The notes beneath the pieces were generated by a model. It ran no database searches, had not been told where the DNA came from, and saw nothing but the letters and a program-made list of their open reading frames with translations. The position numbers were made by a program, and so were the translations under genes. Shown here one piece after another: positions 39,639 to 50,302 of a stretch of DNA of 64,000 nt (its first letter is position 1; the number at the start of each line of letters is the position of its first letter). Source of the DNA: an uncultured Dehalococcoidia bacterium. GTDB taxonomy: Bacteria; Chloroflexota; Dehalococcoidia; Dehalococcoidales; Fen-1064. The stretch lies in assembly GCA_903916765.1 (NCBI GenBank), contig CAIWXV010000138.1:14453-78452 (forward strand), in the 5' to 3' direction.

Positions 39639-40124
39639 TTATCCGTGTTCTTCCGCCAATTTTATCGTCATCGCAGTTTCGTCGCAGTTGGGGAATTGGG
39701 GACAGCGATAACATTCGGTCCAGATTTTCTGCGGGAGCGACATTTTATCTGCTTCTTTTAAACCCAGCTTCTTAAAAAACTTGGGTTTGTAAGTGAGACA
39801 AAAAACAGTAGCAATCCCCAGTTCTCTGGCTTCATCGATGCAGGCAGTTACCAGCTTATTGCCGATACCCTGCTTCTGTTGCTCCCCATCTACAGCAACC
39901 GATTTGATTTCTGCTAAATCGGACCACATTACATGCAATGCCGCACAACCGATGATTTTCTTCCCTTCCCTGACGACAACGAAATCGCGGATATTCTCGT
40001 AGATTTCGCTCAGCGGACGGGCGAGCATTTCCCCTCTGCCGGCAAAAGTGTTGATGAGTTTATGAATACGGGGAACGTCGCCGATTTTGGCTTTTTCTAC
40101 TTCAATGGAACTTTCCTTTGCCAA
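39639..40124 (-). CDS. GNAT N-acetyltransferase (ArgA-like)
   Basis: QQKQGIGNKLV acetyl-CoA motif and a Cys-rich tail CYRCPQFPNC. Confidence 0.8.
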   Translation of the reverse strand: MAKESSIEVEKAKIGDVPRIHKLINTFAGRGEMLARPLSEIYENIRDFVVVREGKKIIGCAALHVMWSDLAEIKSVAVDGEQQKQGIGNKLVTACIDEARELGIATVFCLTYKPKFFKKLGLKEADKMSLPQKIWTECYRCPQFPNCDETAMTIKLAEEHG

Positions 40125-40128
40125 TTTA

Positions 40129-40968
40129 CTACTTTCCTTTCAGTTTCTTTTCCAGAGAACTGTAAAAAGATGATTCAGAATTGATTCTCAAAAAGCGTAA
40201 GGTGTGTTTACTCCGTTTAATTTTGATTACAGTGCCGCTGTTTATTTGAAGATTTGTATGCCCATCGATGCTAACTGTTGCAGGATGGATGGTCTGGACG
40301 CTTAGTTTTATAATTGCAGAAGATGGTAACACCAGACAGTAGTCGGCACTGAGGTGCGGCAGAATCGGTAGCAGTATAAAATCCTTGGAATGAGGGTGTA
40401 AAATAGGTCCTCCTGCTGCCATTGCGTAACCGGTACTGCCGGTTGCTGTTGCCGCAATCACACCATCTCCTTTGTAGGTAGTCAATGGTTCACTATCGAT
40501 GGTTGCTGTGACATAAATGACGCGTGCCACAGCGCCACGTGCTACTACGACATCGTTGAGAGCATAAAATGAGTTCAACTGATTTCCATCGGAAAGCGTG
40601 GCTTCAAGAAGCGACCGTTCGTCAATCCAACCCTCACCGTTCAGAAGCTGCGTGAGTTTACCATCCGTTTCCTTAACAGTTAACTCTGTCATAAAGCCGA
40701 GTTTTCCAAGATTGATACCCGTTACTGGTGTTTTGCCGGGGAGAACTGCTTGTGCCGTCCTTAGTATTGTGCCGTCTCCGCCGATACTAATAACCAGGTC
40801 GGTACCCTCCATTTTGGATTTGGCGGATTCTCCATCCCAGGATGAACAAGTCCATGCGGAGAAACCTTTCTTAGATAGAAGTTTCTCCAACTCATTTGTC
40901 AGCTTTTTGGCTGGCTCATTCATCGGATGATAGATAACGCCGATTTTCTTGAACATTGTTTTTATCAC
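40129..40968 (-). CDS. nadK: NAD kinase
   Basis: VISIGGDGTILR and ATATGSTGYAMAAGGPI. An alternative start exists at 40956. Confidence 0.9.
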   Translation of the reverse strand: MIKTMFKKIGVIYHPMNEPAKKLTNELEKLLSKKGFSAWTCSSWDGESAKSKMEGTDLVISIGGDGTILRTAQAVLPGKTPVTGINLGKLGFMTELTVKETDGKLTQLLNGEGWIDERSLLEATLSDGNQLNSFYALNDVVVARGAVARVIYVTATIDSEPLTTYKGDGVIAATATGSTGYAMAAGGPILHPHSKDFILLPILPHLSADYCLVLPSSAIIKLSVQTIHPATVSIDGHTNLQINSGTVIKIKRSKHTLRFLRINSESSFYSSLEKKLKGK

Positions 40969-41125
40969 TTCAGGATTAGTTTATTCTGAATAGGAATATA
41001 AAAGAAGTGTAACATCGGCAATTTGGAGTGTCAAATTATAATTGCTCTGATGTTCTGCTTGATTCACCTTTGCTTTAGTGATAATCTGAAACTGTCAATC
41101 GGTTGTTCGAGAGAGGTATAGAAAG

Positions 41126-41689
41126 ATGGAAGGTAAGATTGTTTACTTCGATAAACCGGGTGCTGATAATACCGAAGATGTCCTTCGGATTGCCAAAAAA
41201 CGTGCTAAGGAGTTGGGTATTAAAACCATCGTTGTTGCTACTACAGTCGGCAGCACCGCTGTTCGTGCTACGGAAATCTTTAAAGGGATGAAAGTGGTAG
41301 CTGTTACCCACAGCGCTGGCATGAAAGAACCTAATAGTCAGGAAGTGACGGAAGAGAACTGTAAGAAAATTGTAAAAAATGGCGGTGTTGTTTTCACCGC
41401 GACGCATCTTTTTTCCGGTGTAAGTTCTGCATGGCGTAAACAATTCAATACCTATCTCATCGGCGATATTATGGCTAATACATTGAGGATGCTGGGACAG
41501 GGGATGAAGGTAACAATCGAAATCACTGTCATGGTGGCGGATGCCGGATTAGTACGTACCGATGAAGATGTAATTGCCATTGCAGGTACGGGTAGAGGTG
41601 CTGATTATGCAGTGGTTCTCCGACCTGTTAACTCCAATGCTCTGTTTGACCTGCGGATTAAAGAAATTCTCTGCAAGCCTCGTTTTTAG
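41126..41689 (+). CDS. Pyruvate kinase C-terminal (alpha/beta) domain-like protein
   Basis: 187 aa stand-alone protein. IVVATTVGSTAVRATE...AIAGTGRGADYAVVLRP resembles the PK C-domain. Assignment from memory. Confidence 0.6.
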   Translation: MEGKIVYFDKPGADNTEDVLRIAKKRAKELGIKTIVVATTVGSTAVRATEIFKGMKVVAVTHSAGMKEPNSQEVTEENCKKIVKNGGVVFTATHLFSGVSSAWRKQFNTYLIGDIMANTLRMLGQGMKVTIEITVMVADAGLVRTDEDVIAIAGTGRGADYAVVLRPVNSNALFDLRIKEILCKPRF

Positions 41690-41767
41690 TTTGAATTTGC
41701 AGAGCATTACCAAAACTCAAAAAGTTAGAAGTGAAAATGACAATTAGACTTGTATTATAGCCTGACT

Positions 41768-41959
41768 TTAAACTTTCTCAAGTTCATTTTCCGGAAATGC
41801 CATAGTATAGCTGGTTTTCGCGTCTTTCATAACGACGTAACCTTTGGGGTCATTCTTCACTTCAACGATAGTGCCTTTCCAGCCGGCGATTTTATAACCT
41901 CCCGGCCAACCATGTCTGTCCAGCACTTTTACTTTATCGCCGACATTGAACTTGGACAT
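41768..41959 (-). CDS. Small hypothetical protein (63 aa)
   Basis: ATG 41959 is preceded by GGAGGT. MSKFNVGDKVKVLDRHGWPGGYKIAGWKGTIVEV looks SH3/KOW-like. Confidence 0.5.
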   Translation of the reverse strand: MSKFNVGDKVKVLDRHGWPGGYKIAGWKGTIVEVKNDPKGYVVMKDAKTSYTMAFPENELEKV

Positions 41960-42122
41960 GGTTACCTCCATCTGAACTAGACGGCTATAATATAGCACAT
42001 AATTTTTATCAGGGGCAACCTTCAAATCAGGGTAATACCATCCAACTCATACACTTGATAAATCGATTTTGTGGGAGTATAGTGTTGAAAGGTTTTATTT
42101 TGAAGGGAGACGCGGACTCCTG

Positions 42123-43676
42123 ATGCCAATTTCTAACGCAATATACGAAGAGGATTCTCTGGTAACGATGAGCGGTAATTTCTCAAGAAATTTGATTCAA
42201 CCTGAGGCTATGCCCTTACTGGTTAGAATCTCTGAATTTATGGCGGAGCAAAAAATACTAGCCTATCTTGTCGGTGGATTTGTGCGCGATGCTCTGTTGG
42301 GGCGAGTCACTGCAGATATTGATATTGCAGTTAACACAAATGCCTTAGTGATTGCTCAACAGCTGGCAGATTCGCTCTCAGGGAAATTTGTTCTTCTTGA
42401 TGAAGTCAATGAAGTCGGACGGGTAGTTCTGAAAGATTGGGTGATAGACATTGCTTCGTTTATCGGCAAAATCAAGGATGACCTGAAGCGACGCGATTTT
42501 ACCGTCGATGCGATGGCAATAGACTTAAATCAAATAATCGGAGACAACCCTGTTCTTGCTTTGATAGACCCTTTCGGAGGACAAACAGACCTCGATCGAG
42601 GTTTATTGCGAATTGTTGCAAAAACAGCTTTTGAGGCTGACCCTGTGCGTCTCCTAAGAGTAGTAAGACTTGCCACCGAATTAGGTTTTAGTATCGATGG
42701 AAAAACCGAGACTGAAGTAAGAAGTTCTGCTCATCTGCTTGTCGGTGTCCCCGGTGAGAGAGTCAGAGAAGAATTTCTGAGACTTCTGGAATGTTCTCGC
42801 GGTGGTCAATTCCTCGTTTATCTTGATGAGTTGGGCTTGTTGACAGAGATAATTCCGGAACTGGCACATGAAAAAGGAGTTGAACAGCCACAGGAACATC
42901 ATTGGGATGTTTTCGAGCACTCCATTAATGCAGTGAGTGCGGTCGATTTTATCCTGCATCAAGGAATTTGGGAATATCAGACCGGTGAAATTCTGGCTGT
43001 AGTGCCATGGCCGTCGTTTATGGCACAATATTTCGACCAGAAGGTAAGCAGCCGTAGTACCAGGAGGTCTTTACTTAAGCTGGCGGCACTTCTGCACGAT
43101 ATTGCCAAGCCCCAATTGAAGTTTTTTGAGGAAGATGGACGAATGCGATTTCTCGGACATCCGGAAGAGGGAGCTGTCGTCACGGAAATGATATTGGGGA
43201 GACTCAGATTCAGTACTAAAGAAATCAAAATGGTATCGACGATCGTAAAGTGCCATCACCGTCCTACTCAAATGAGTCAGGATGAATTGCCTTCAAAGCG
43301 TGCAATTTACCGTTATGTCAGGGATGTTGGCGAAGTGGCTATCGATACGCTATACTTTAGTTTAGCTGACCATCTGGCAACCCGTGGTCCCGGGTTGTTA
43401 ATACCACACTGGCAGTGGCATGCTAATGTCGTCGAGCATGTATTGAAGGAGCATGTTCAACAAGAAAGTATAGTGCCGTCACCCAAACTGATTGACGGTA
43501 ATGATTTGATAGATATCTTCGGAATGAAGCCGGGTCCGCGAATCGGCGAATTATTGGAACAAGTCCGTGAGTCACAGGCTTCCGGTGAATTAACTACCAG
43601 AGAGGAATCTCTGGATTATATACGAAACATTTTATTAACTGAGGGAAAGAATAAATGGCAAAAAGAAACTCGATAA
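42123..43676 (+). CDS. cca: CCA-adding enzyme / poly(A) polymerase family with HD domain
   Basis: [13 protein letters not shown]...DIDIAV nucleotidyltransferase motif and [10 protein letters not shown] domain. Start uncertain (42069 or 42123). Confidence 0.85.
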   Translation: MPISNAIYEEDSLVTMSGNFSRNLIQPEAMPLLVRISEFMAEQKILAYLVGGFVRDALLGRVTADIDIAVNTNALVIAQQLADSLSGKFVLLDEVNEVGRVVLKDWVIDIASFIGKIKDDLKRRDFTVDAMAIDLNQIIGDNPVLALIDPFGGQTDLDRGLLRIVAKTAFEADPVRLLRVVRLATELGFSIDGKTETEVRSSAHLLVGVPGERVREEFLRLLECSRGGQFLVYLDELGLLTEIIPELAHEKGVEQPQEHHWDVFEHSINAVSAVDFILHQGIWEYQTGEILAVVPWPSFMAQYFDQKVSSRSTRRSLLKLAALLHDIAKPQLKFFEEDGRMRFLGHPEEGAVVTEMILGRLRFSTKEIKMVSTIVKCHHRPTQMSQDELPSKRAIYRYVRDVGEVAIDTLYFSLADHLATRGPGLLIPHWQWHANVVEHVLKEHVQQESIVPSPKLIDGNDLIDIFGMKPGPRIGELLEQVRESQASGELTTREESLDYIRNILLTEGKNKWQKETR

Positions 43677-46402
43677 TTCTGGTGGCAATTCTAGCTTTGT
43701 TGGTCCTTGCCCTGTGGCTAGTGTTTCCGCTTCAGGGAGAAAGGCTGGGAAGAAAGGGTATCCGCTTGGGTCTGGATTTGCAGGGTGGTATACACCTGGT
43801 TTATAAAGCCGACCTTTCTTCTGTAGCAGAGGCTGATATTGACAGCACTATGAAAGGCATCGCGTCAGTTATAGAAAATCGTATCAATCCGCTTGGAGTT
43901 TCAGAACCACTTGTCCAGCGATTGGGGCAGGATAGGATAATAGTAGAACTGCCGGGGACAAATATTACCGATGTAGAGAAAGAGCGGTTGGGACGCACTA
44001 CTCTTCTTGAGTTTCGTGAGCGGGTGGATGTTACAGATCAGGCTAAGGCTACATTAGCAGCGAGTGGTTCAGTAAAATCAATTCCTGTAGCAGCGGGAGG
44101 CACTGGCTATACAACTGCCACTGTAACCATAACAGGAGGTGGAGGCACCGGTGCTACTGCTACAGCCACAATTACAGGTGGTGTTGTAACCGCAATTACA
44201 GCCAAAGATGGTGGTTCTGGCTATACCTCACCACCTACAATAACAATCACAGGTGATGGCACTGGTGTTATTGCAGGTACACCGGTACTAGGATTCGCAA
44301 TAGCATCGATCACCGTTGCATCTGACGGGTCAAGTTATAGCTCGCTACCCGCAGTTACAATTACAGGTGATGGTGCTGATGCAACTGCTACCGCAACAAT
44401 AACCGGTGGTGCAGTTACGGCAATTACAGTCACAAAAGGAGGTTCCGGTTATACCACGGCTACGGTCGCTGTCACCGGGCAGAACTGGATTCCGGTGACG
44501 GCTGTTATCGATGGGAAAACAAAAACCCTGAATAGTAGTTACTTCAAAAGTAACACCTATGTTACTCATAGTACTACTACAGGGGGAATACTGATGATTT
44601 TTGAATGGACGACTGAGGGTTCTCAAATATCCAAAGATGTTACTACTCGTCTTCTTAACAAGCCATTGGGTATCTTCGAGGGTTCCGGAGTTGATGCCCA
44701 GCCGCTGTTAGGTGATGATGGTCAGGCAATTGCACCTATTGTCAACGCTGTGATTACTGACAGCGGTGAGATTACAGGTTTAAGTCTCAAAGAGGCAACG
44801 ATGTTATCGGAACAGTTGAATGCCGGGCGTTTGCCAGTACCGCTAACTATTGATGGTTCACAAAGCTATCCCGTAACAGCTGCGGTGGGGGCTGATTTCC
44901 TAACAAAGAGTATTTACGCGGGAATAATCGGTTTGGCGGCAGTCATGGTTTTCATGATAGTTTATTACCGTCTAGCCGGTGTTATCGCCAGCTTAGCTCT
45001 TGCCTATTATGCGATTATCATCCTCGCTGTATTTAAAATGCTCGGAGTTACCCTGTCGATTGCGAGCTTCGGGGGTTTTGTTCTCTCCCTCGGTATGGCA
45101 GTAGATGCTAACGTACTTATATTCGAGCGAATGAAGGAAGAGATTAGGAGTGGACGTACTCTAGGGGCAGCGATTGAAGCCGGTTTTAACCGCGCCTGGC
45201 CAGCGATTTTTGATAGCAATGCGACCACTTTGATGGCAGGCATTATACTCTTTTGGTTGGGTAGCAGTAGTGTTGCGGCCAATTCTTCTGTCAAGGGGTT
45301 TGCTGTTACACTTTCCATCGGTATATTGGCGAGCATGTTTACGGCAATTACTGTCTCGCGTACTTTACTCCGTCCGTTGGCAGGGACTTCCCTTGCCAAA
45401 AACACGTCTTTGTTTACCCCATATCAGGGAAAGAAGAGTGTTACTGCTGCGTCTGTTGACATCCCATCCAAGCCTCCTAAACCGATAAAACCCATCAATA
45501 TCGTAGATAATAGACTCTGGTATTTTCTTGGTTCTGCCGTTGTTATTCTGGCTGGGATCATTGGTATGTTCACCTTCGGTTTAAAACCTGGTGCGGAATT
45601 CAAAAGCGGTTATCAATTGACTGTGAGTTCAAACAATGCGGTTAGTATGTCGCAGGTGCGGCAGATAGTAACTGATCTGGGATACAAAGATGCCATCGTA
45701 CAGGGTGCCGGCGAAGGGAGTTTCCTTATTAACCTGCCGGCGTTGAGCGATACTGACCAAACGGCTCTCAAAACCAGCTTGACAACCCAGAATTTCGAAG
45801 TAATAAATGATGCATTGGTGGGACCACGGACAGCTGCAGAAACAACACGCAATGCGGTTATCGCTATAGTTCTTGCAGCCATCGGTATGTTGCTTTATAT
45901 TAGCTGGGCGTTTCACCGTATGCCTAATCCATTCCGATGGGGTACATGCGCCATCATCGCTTTGCTACATGATATATTGGTCGTGGTTGGAGTTTTTGCA
46001 ATCATGGGAGGAATCTTCGGTTGGCAACTTGATTTGATGTTTGTCACCGGCATCCTCACGATTGTCGGTTACAGTGTTAATGATACCGTTATCATTTATG
46101 ATAGAATGCGTGAAAATCTACGTATTAGTGGTGTTGCTGACTTCGGGGTGGTGACAAATAATAGTCTGGTGGAAACTATGGCACGTTCCTTGAACACCAG
46201 TCTGACAACTGTGTTGACCGTGGTTGTGCTTTTAGTCTTTGTTGGAGGTCCGATACGCAATTTTGCTGCAGTTCTGCTGGTAGGTATAGTGACAGGAACC
46301 TATAGTTCGATATTCACCGCAGCTCCTTTGTTGGTTGTTTGGGAGAAGAAGAGCTGGGGTAGCCTATTCCGAAAACACGCGGCTGAGAAGAAGACTGCTT
46401 AA
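43655..46402 (+). CDS. secDF: Protein translocase SecDF fusion with an inserted repeat module
   Basis: 915 aa. SecD N-terminus ([25 protein letters not shown]), two 6-TM RND-like halves, and a SecF half after aa ~600. Confidence 0.9.
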   Translation: MAKRNSIILVAILALLVLALWLVFPLQGERLGRKGIRLGLDLQGGIHLVYKADLSSVAEADIDSTMKGIASVIENRINPLGVSEPLVQRLGQDRIIVELPGTNITDVEKERLGRTTLLEFRERVDVTDQAKATLAASGSVKSIPVAAGGTGYTTATVTITGGGGTGATATATITGGVVTAITAKDGGSGYTSPPTITITGDGTGVIAGTPVLGFAIASITVASDGSSYSSLPAVTITGDGADATATATITGGAVTAITVTKGGSGYTTATVAVTGQNWIPVTAVIDGKTKTLNSSYFKSNTYVTHSTTTGGILMIFEWTTEGSQISKDVTTRLLNKPLGIFEGSGVDAQPLLGDDGQAIAPIVNAVITDSGEITGLSLKEATMLSEQLNAGRLPVPLTIDGSQSYPVTAAVGADFLTKSIYAGIIGLAAVMVFMIVYYRLAGVIASLALAYYAIIILAVFKMLGVTLSIASFGGFVLSLGMAVDANVLIFERMKEEIRSGRTLGAAIEAGFNRAWPAIFDSNATTLMAGIILFWLGSSSVAANSSVKGFAVTLSIGILASMFTAITVSRTLLRPLAGTSLAKNTSLFTPYQGKKSVTAASVDIPSKPPKPIKPINIVDNRLWYFLGSAVVILAGIIGMFTFGLKPGAEFKSGYQLTVSSNNAVSMSQVRQIVTDLGYKDAIVQGAGEGSFLINLPALSDTDQTALKTSLTTQNFEVINDALVGPRTAAETTRNAVIAIVLAAIGMLLYISWAFHRMPNPFRWGTCAIIALLHDILVVVGVFAIMGGIFGWQLDLMFVTGILTIVGYSVNDTVIIYDRMRENLRISGVADFGVVTNNSLVETMARSLNTSLTTVLTVVVLLVFVGGPIRNFAAVLLVGIVTGTYSSIFTAAPLLVVWEKKSWGSLFRKHAAEKKTA
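44075..44479 (+). repeat. In-frame imperfect tandem repeats (3 units of ~38-40 aa, Gly/Thr/Ala-rich) inside secD
   Basis: [38 protein letters not shown] / [23 protein letters not shown]... / ...[43 protein letters not shown]. Confidence 0.85.
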
Positions 46403-46500
46403 GGTTGCTTTGTACAATAGTATTTTGTATACTATTATGGATTTGAACAGGCATTCTTCTATCTATTAGGAGAATGGCCGGGTTGGAAAAACAGTGGTTA

Positions 46501-46539
46501 AATACGCCACGGGACTAAAAATTCTGTGGCGTATTTTTG
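46501..46539 (+). terminator. Rho-independent terminator after secDF
   Basis: aatacgccac / 15-nt loop / gtggcgtatt is a 10-bp stem running into ttttt. Confidence 0.75.
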
Positions 46540-46560
46540 TAACCGATAAAAGGGTTAGTT

Positions 46561-47481
46561 ATGAGTAATTGGACTAAAAGTTTATCTACCAGGACCGGAG
46601 CGGCAAAGCTAGCACTTGGGGTTGTTATTTGCCTTATCATTCTTAAAGTAGTGGTATCTGTATTATCACGTAGTATCAGTATTTCCGCTCAGGCGACAGA
46701 TAGCTTCCTCGACCTCTTCTCTATCGGCATCACTGTTATTGCAGTGCGGATGTCCATAGCTCCGGCAGATGAAGAGCATCCTTTTGGTCACGGTAAGATG
46801 GAAGGGGTTTCCGCTCTCATCCAGGCGTTTTTGGTGTTGGGTGCCGGTGTTTTCATTATTTTCTCAGCAGTGCAACGTATCATCCATCGCACAGTTATCG
46901 AACCTGATGCCGGTATGGTTGTTATGATAATCTCAATCATCGCTAGTTTTTTCCTTTCCCGTCACCTGCGACGGGTTGCCAAAGCCACGGATTCTACTGC
47001 AATCGAAGCCTCAGCGCGCAATATCAGTGCTGATGTCTATTCGGCGACCGGTGTGTTATTGGGTCTCCTGGCAGTAAGTCTTACCAAATTGCAGATTCTT
47101 GACCCTATTATTGCCTTGATAATGGTTGTATTCGTTCTGAAGGCGGGTTACGAAGTCGTTATAAGGGCGTTTCGTGAATTAACAGATTACACATTACCTA
47201 AAGAAGAGCAGGAAATCTTGACTGACTGTATTCGGGAACATATTACCCAACTGGTTGATTTCCACGCTGTGAGGACTCGCCGTGCCGGGAGTGAGCGTTT
47301 TGTCGACCTTCATCTGTTGATGCCTCGAAATGTTAGTGTGGCAGAGTCTCATCGAATGTGTGATCATCTAGAGCAGGATGTCAAGGCTAAATTACCTAAT
47401 ACCAGTATAATCATTCATGTAGAACCTTGTACCAGTAACGACTGTGCACGTTGTAAAGTTGCCAAGTGTAGCCTGCGTTGA
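46561..47481 (+). CDS. Cation diffusion facilitator (CDF) metal efflux transporter
   Basis: 6 TM helices, DEEHPFGHGKME, and a cytoplasmic C-terminal domain with a His/Cys-rich end. Confidence 0.85.
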   Translation: MSNWTKSLSTRTGAAKLALGVVICLIILKVVVSVLSRSISISAQATDSFLDLFSIGITVIAVRMSIAPADEEHPFGHGKMEGVSALIQAFLVLGAGVFIIFSAVQRIIHRTVIEPDAGMVVMIISIIASFFLSRHLRRVAKATDSTAIEASARNISADVYSATGVLLGLLAVSLTKLQILDPIIALIMVVFVLKAGYEVVIRAFRELTDYTLPKEEQEILTDCIREHITQLVDFHAVRTRRAGSERFVDLHLLMPRNVSVAESHRMCDHLEQDVKAKLPNTSIIIHVEPCTSNDCARCKVAKCSLR

Positions 47482-47497
47482 GTTAAGAACTGATATG

Positions 47498-48112
47498 TCA
47501 GTTGATAACCTTCTTAATTCCCGAGAAGATAAACCAGATACTTAAGCCAACCAGCAGTAGGCTACAGGCGACGAAAATCCATTCTTGAAATCTCTTACCC
47601 CACAGGGCTTTTGTCCGGTAAATCAGTAAGGAAACAAGCGATAGCCAGATAAAATCGCATATCCAGTGTGTCAGTATGAATATGGGCAACCCCTTTGTCC
47701 CGAATGCTTCGAATTTCATCACCAACATACTGCCTACCGTAGCCCACCATAACAGAAAGAATGGATTCAAGGCGCTCATCACGATACCGGCTGTAACCGC
47801 ACCGTATTTTAAGTCTTTGCCGCTCTGAACAACTTCTTTGCGAGCGCGGAACATTCCGATTCCCATCCAGATGAGCATTCCGCCGCCTAACAAGCTCAAT
47901 ACTATTTGAAAGGCCTGGAGTTGAAAGAAGCGGGCAAATCCGAAGTAGATTAGCAGGATGATGGGTACTTCGATAATTGCATGCCCGATGGAGATTTTCA
48001 TGCCTGCCCAAGGATTGTGGTAGCTTTTAGCGACGGCTACTGCAAACATCGGACCCGGCATCATCACCCCGGATAGGGAGATGACAATCACACTCATTAT
48101 GACAGCAAGCAA
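47498..48112 (-). CDS. LysE/RhtB-family amino-acid exporter
   Basis: 204 aa, 6 TM helices. MPGPMFAVAVA N-terminal motif is typical of the LysE superfamily. Confidence 0.7.
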   Translation of the reverse strand: MLAVIMSVIVISLSGVMMPGPMFAVAVAKSYHNPWAGMKISIGHAIIEVPIILLIYFGFARFFQLQAFQIVLSLLGGGMLIWMGIGMFRARKEVVQSGKDLKYGAVTAGIVMSALNPFFLLWWATVGSMLVMKFEAFGTKGLPIFILTHWICDFIWLSLVSLLIYRTKALWGKRFQEWIFVACSLLLVGLSIWFIFSGIKKVIN

Positions 48113-48168
48113 AATGACACCTCTGCCTAGATTTTAGCATATTGATACCATGTTAATTCCTACTCAAC

Positions 48169-48262
48169 TGTCATCCCGTGCTCCGACACAGGATTCATAT
48201 CAATTTTTTCCACTAAATTCCTGCCAGAGTTTACCCCGTACACGATAGGGGGCGGGATGACA
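48169..48262. repeat. 94-nt element bounded by 10-bp terminal inverted repeats (REP/MITE-like)
   Basis: tgtcatcccg (48169-48178) and cgggatgaca (48253-48262). Shares the catcccg core with the 20.9-kb hairpin. Confidence 0.45.
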
Positions 48263-48334
48263 CTGCGATGTTAATGCCTTTTGTGCAATGATATACTAGG
48301 GTAATACCAATAACTGCGAGTATAGTGAGGCAAA

Positions 48335-49528
48335 ATGTCTCTTGATTTAAGTAAGATTGTCGACCAGATTGCCGGTATGGTTGCCGGACTGAAATCCAAT
48401 CGTGGCGAAAGGCAGGAGCGGATTCATCGTGCTCTGGATGTCCTCCATAGCCAATCGAATAATCTGGCATATTTATCGAAAAAGATTGACTCGAGTAAGA
48501 CTACCTGGCTGGTTGCCCATCTGGTAGAGGATATCGACTGCCATTATCAACCTCAGCCGGCACCTTCGGAATTTACTGTCATTGCTACCGACGGCTCGCA
48601 TATCGATGTCGACCGGCACCATTCAGTGAATTGTTATCTCATAAATATTGGCTCGGTGATTTTGCATTATGGCACTCATCCGGAAGCCGTTCTCAATAGT
48701 GTCCCTCGCATTTATGCCAGTGATGAAGAATTGATGGTTAAATCGCCAGGAATGAATGGCAGAGAACAGCCGGTAGAAGGTAATTTGCTCAGTATCAAGC
48801 GGGGAGTTGAAGAGTGCCGCCGTCTGGCGGAACTGGCAGAAAGTCTGCCGTCGGGGAGTAAGGCATTAGGGCTGATAGACGGCTCGTTGATTCTCTGGAA
48901 TCTCGAGGCTTACCCCGAATTCGTTGCCGATATTATGCTGGAGAAAGGTTTTCTGAAAGCTCTTGAGGTAATCCGGAAACTCAATAAGGACAGGGATTTC
49001 CCTGTTGCCAGTTATATCAGCTATCCGCGCAGTAATGATGTGGTCAATGCCCTGCGTGTGGCACTCTGTCCGAAGGAAATTGTCGACAGCGACTCCTGTT
49101 CGGAATGTAAAACGAGGGAATGCGATTTTGTGGTGGGTGTACGCGACCGTGAACTTTTCGACAGATTATTATCGTCGGGGGAAAGGTCGGCGCTGTTCGT
49201 CAGCCCTTCAAAAATTCTGAACCGCTATGGGGAACATCTGGTTCACTTCTTTTATTTGAAGTCGGATGAAGAAATTGCCAGAGTCGAAATACCTCAGTGG
49301 GTAGCTACTGATAATGCTAAGCTCGATTTGGTGCATACGTTGGTATTAGAACAGTGCCGATGTGGACTGGGGTATCCGGTGGCGCTCAGTGAAGCCCACG
49401 AAAAAGCAGTCGTCACCGGTGCTGACCGTGAGAGTTTCTGGCAGATGGTTGAGTCCTCTCTGATTGAAGGGCATCTGCCGATGACCGGATCTGCAAAAAG
49501 CCAGAGCAAACGGACACGCTGGGTCTAG
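48335..49528 (+). CDS. nurA: NurA-domain nuclease
   Basis: 397 aa. VIATDGSHIDVD and GLIDGSLILW catalytic-Asp contexts, and EAHEKA near the C-terminus. Confidence 0.8.
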   Translation: MSLDLSKIVDQIAGMVAGLKSNRGERQERIHRALDVLHSQSNNLAYLSKKIDSSKTTWLVAHLVEDIDCHYQPQPAPSEFTVIATDGSHIDVDRHHSVNCYLINIGSVILHYGTHPEAVLNSVPRIYASDEELMVKSPGMNGREQPVEGNLLSIKRGVEECRRLAELAESLPSGSKALGLIDGSLILWNLEAYPEFVADIMLEKGFLKALEVIRKLNKDRDFPVASYISYPRSNDVVNALRVALCPKEIVDSDSCSECKTRECDFVVGVRDRELFDRLLSSGERSALFVSPSKILNRYGEHLVHFFYLKSDEEIARVEIPQWVATDNAKLDLVHTLVLEQCRCGLGYPVALSEAHEKAVVTGADRESFWQMVESSLIEGHLPMTGSAKSQSKRTRWV

Positions 49529-49662
49529 TTTTTATCTTTCCCGGTGTTATACATCAGTCTGTTGAAGATAGCTTGAGTATGACGCTTCGGCGTCACTTGA
49601 AAAAACAGCCCTCAAGAGTGTAACATAATTCACGAAGGATAAGTGTTTCCTTCATTCTTCAA

Positions 49663-49701
49663 GCCCCAGTAGCTCAGGCGGATAGAGCAGCGGTTTCCTA
49701 A
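49663..49701 (+). repeat. Displaced 5' half of tRNA-Arg(CCT), the left direct repeat (attL core)
   Basis: 38/39 nt identical to 51706-51744 (acceptor 5' strand, D arm, anticodon stem 5' strand and loop). Identity ends in the anticodon loop. Confidence 0.9.
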
Positions 49702-49833
49702 CGACGAGAGCAAAACCACCAAACAGAATCGACCTCAGATGCAGCTTAAAGCTGCCCGACACGCCTAACCTGAGCTCAGAACGCCACCTAGAAAGAACAG
49801 CGAACGACACCAAAACGACAAAACCAAGGAGGT

Positions 49834-49857
49834 AGGCTTGAAATGAAAAGCCTTTTT
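49834..49857 (+). terminator. Weak intrinsic terminator inside the element's left arm
   Basis: aggctt-gaaatgaa-aagcct followed by tttt. Only a 6-bp stem. Confidence 0.3.
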
Positions 49858-50302
49858 CGGACTGCGTAGGTTTAGACGACTGCCCGATTAAAGATCGTTT
49901 TATGCCGCCAGATTGTCCTGAGAGAGGTCGGTGGTGGTACAGACTCAGCGGAAAGCAACAGGCAGACGTACTGGAGAAGATGCGTTATAGCCGGGCTATG
50001 GCTAGAGTAAAAAGGGAAATGGCTACGATGAATTCAACCTTGAAAGGCGTGTGATTATTTGAGTAACAAATAAATAAAGATGCAGGTATTCATAAGAGCG
50101 GGGTATAGCTGGCAGGTCTGAGTCTATACCCCGTATCTTGTCATCAGCCCTTCTATCAGTTTTCACCCCTCACGTGGATTTAAAGCCTTACTACAGCATC
50201 TCGGGCACTTTTCGTTCTAGAACTATTTACACGCTGCGTCGCGTGTGAAACCATTCTGACAAGCTTAAGTCCTGAACAAACAGGCAGCCAGGGAGGAATG
50301 AA

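Noticed and set aside
44075-44479. Periodic DNA repeats considered as a CRISPR array or non-coding tandem array
   Set aside because: The repeats are imperfect, in frame within secDF and have no unique spacers, so they are coding repeats.
46416-46436. 8-bp inverted repeat AATAGTAT-N5-ATACTATT downstream of secDF
   Set aside because: It is a short AT-rich palindrome with no associated gene start. The stronger terminator at 46501-46539 explains transcript ending.
48231-48470. 79-aa minus-strand ORF
   Set aside because: It spans the REP/MITE-like element and the antisense of the nurA 5' end, and has no SD.
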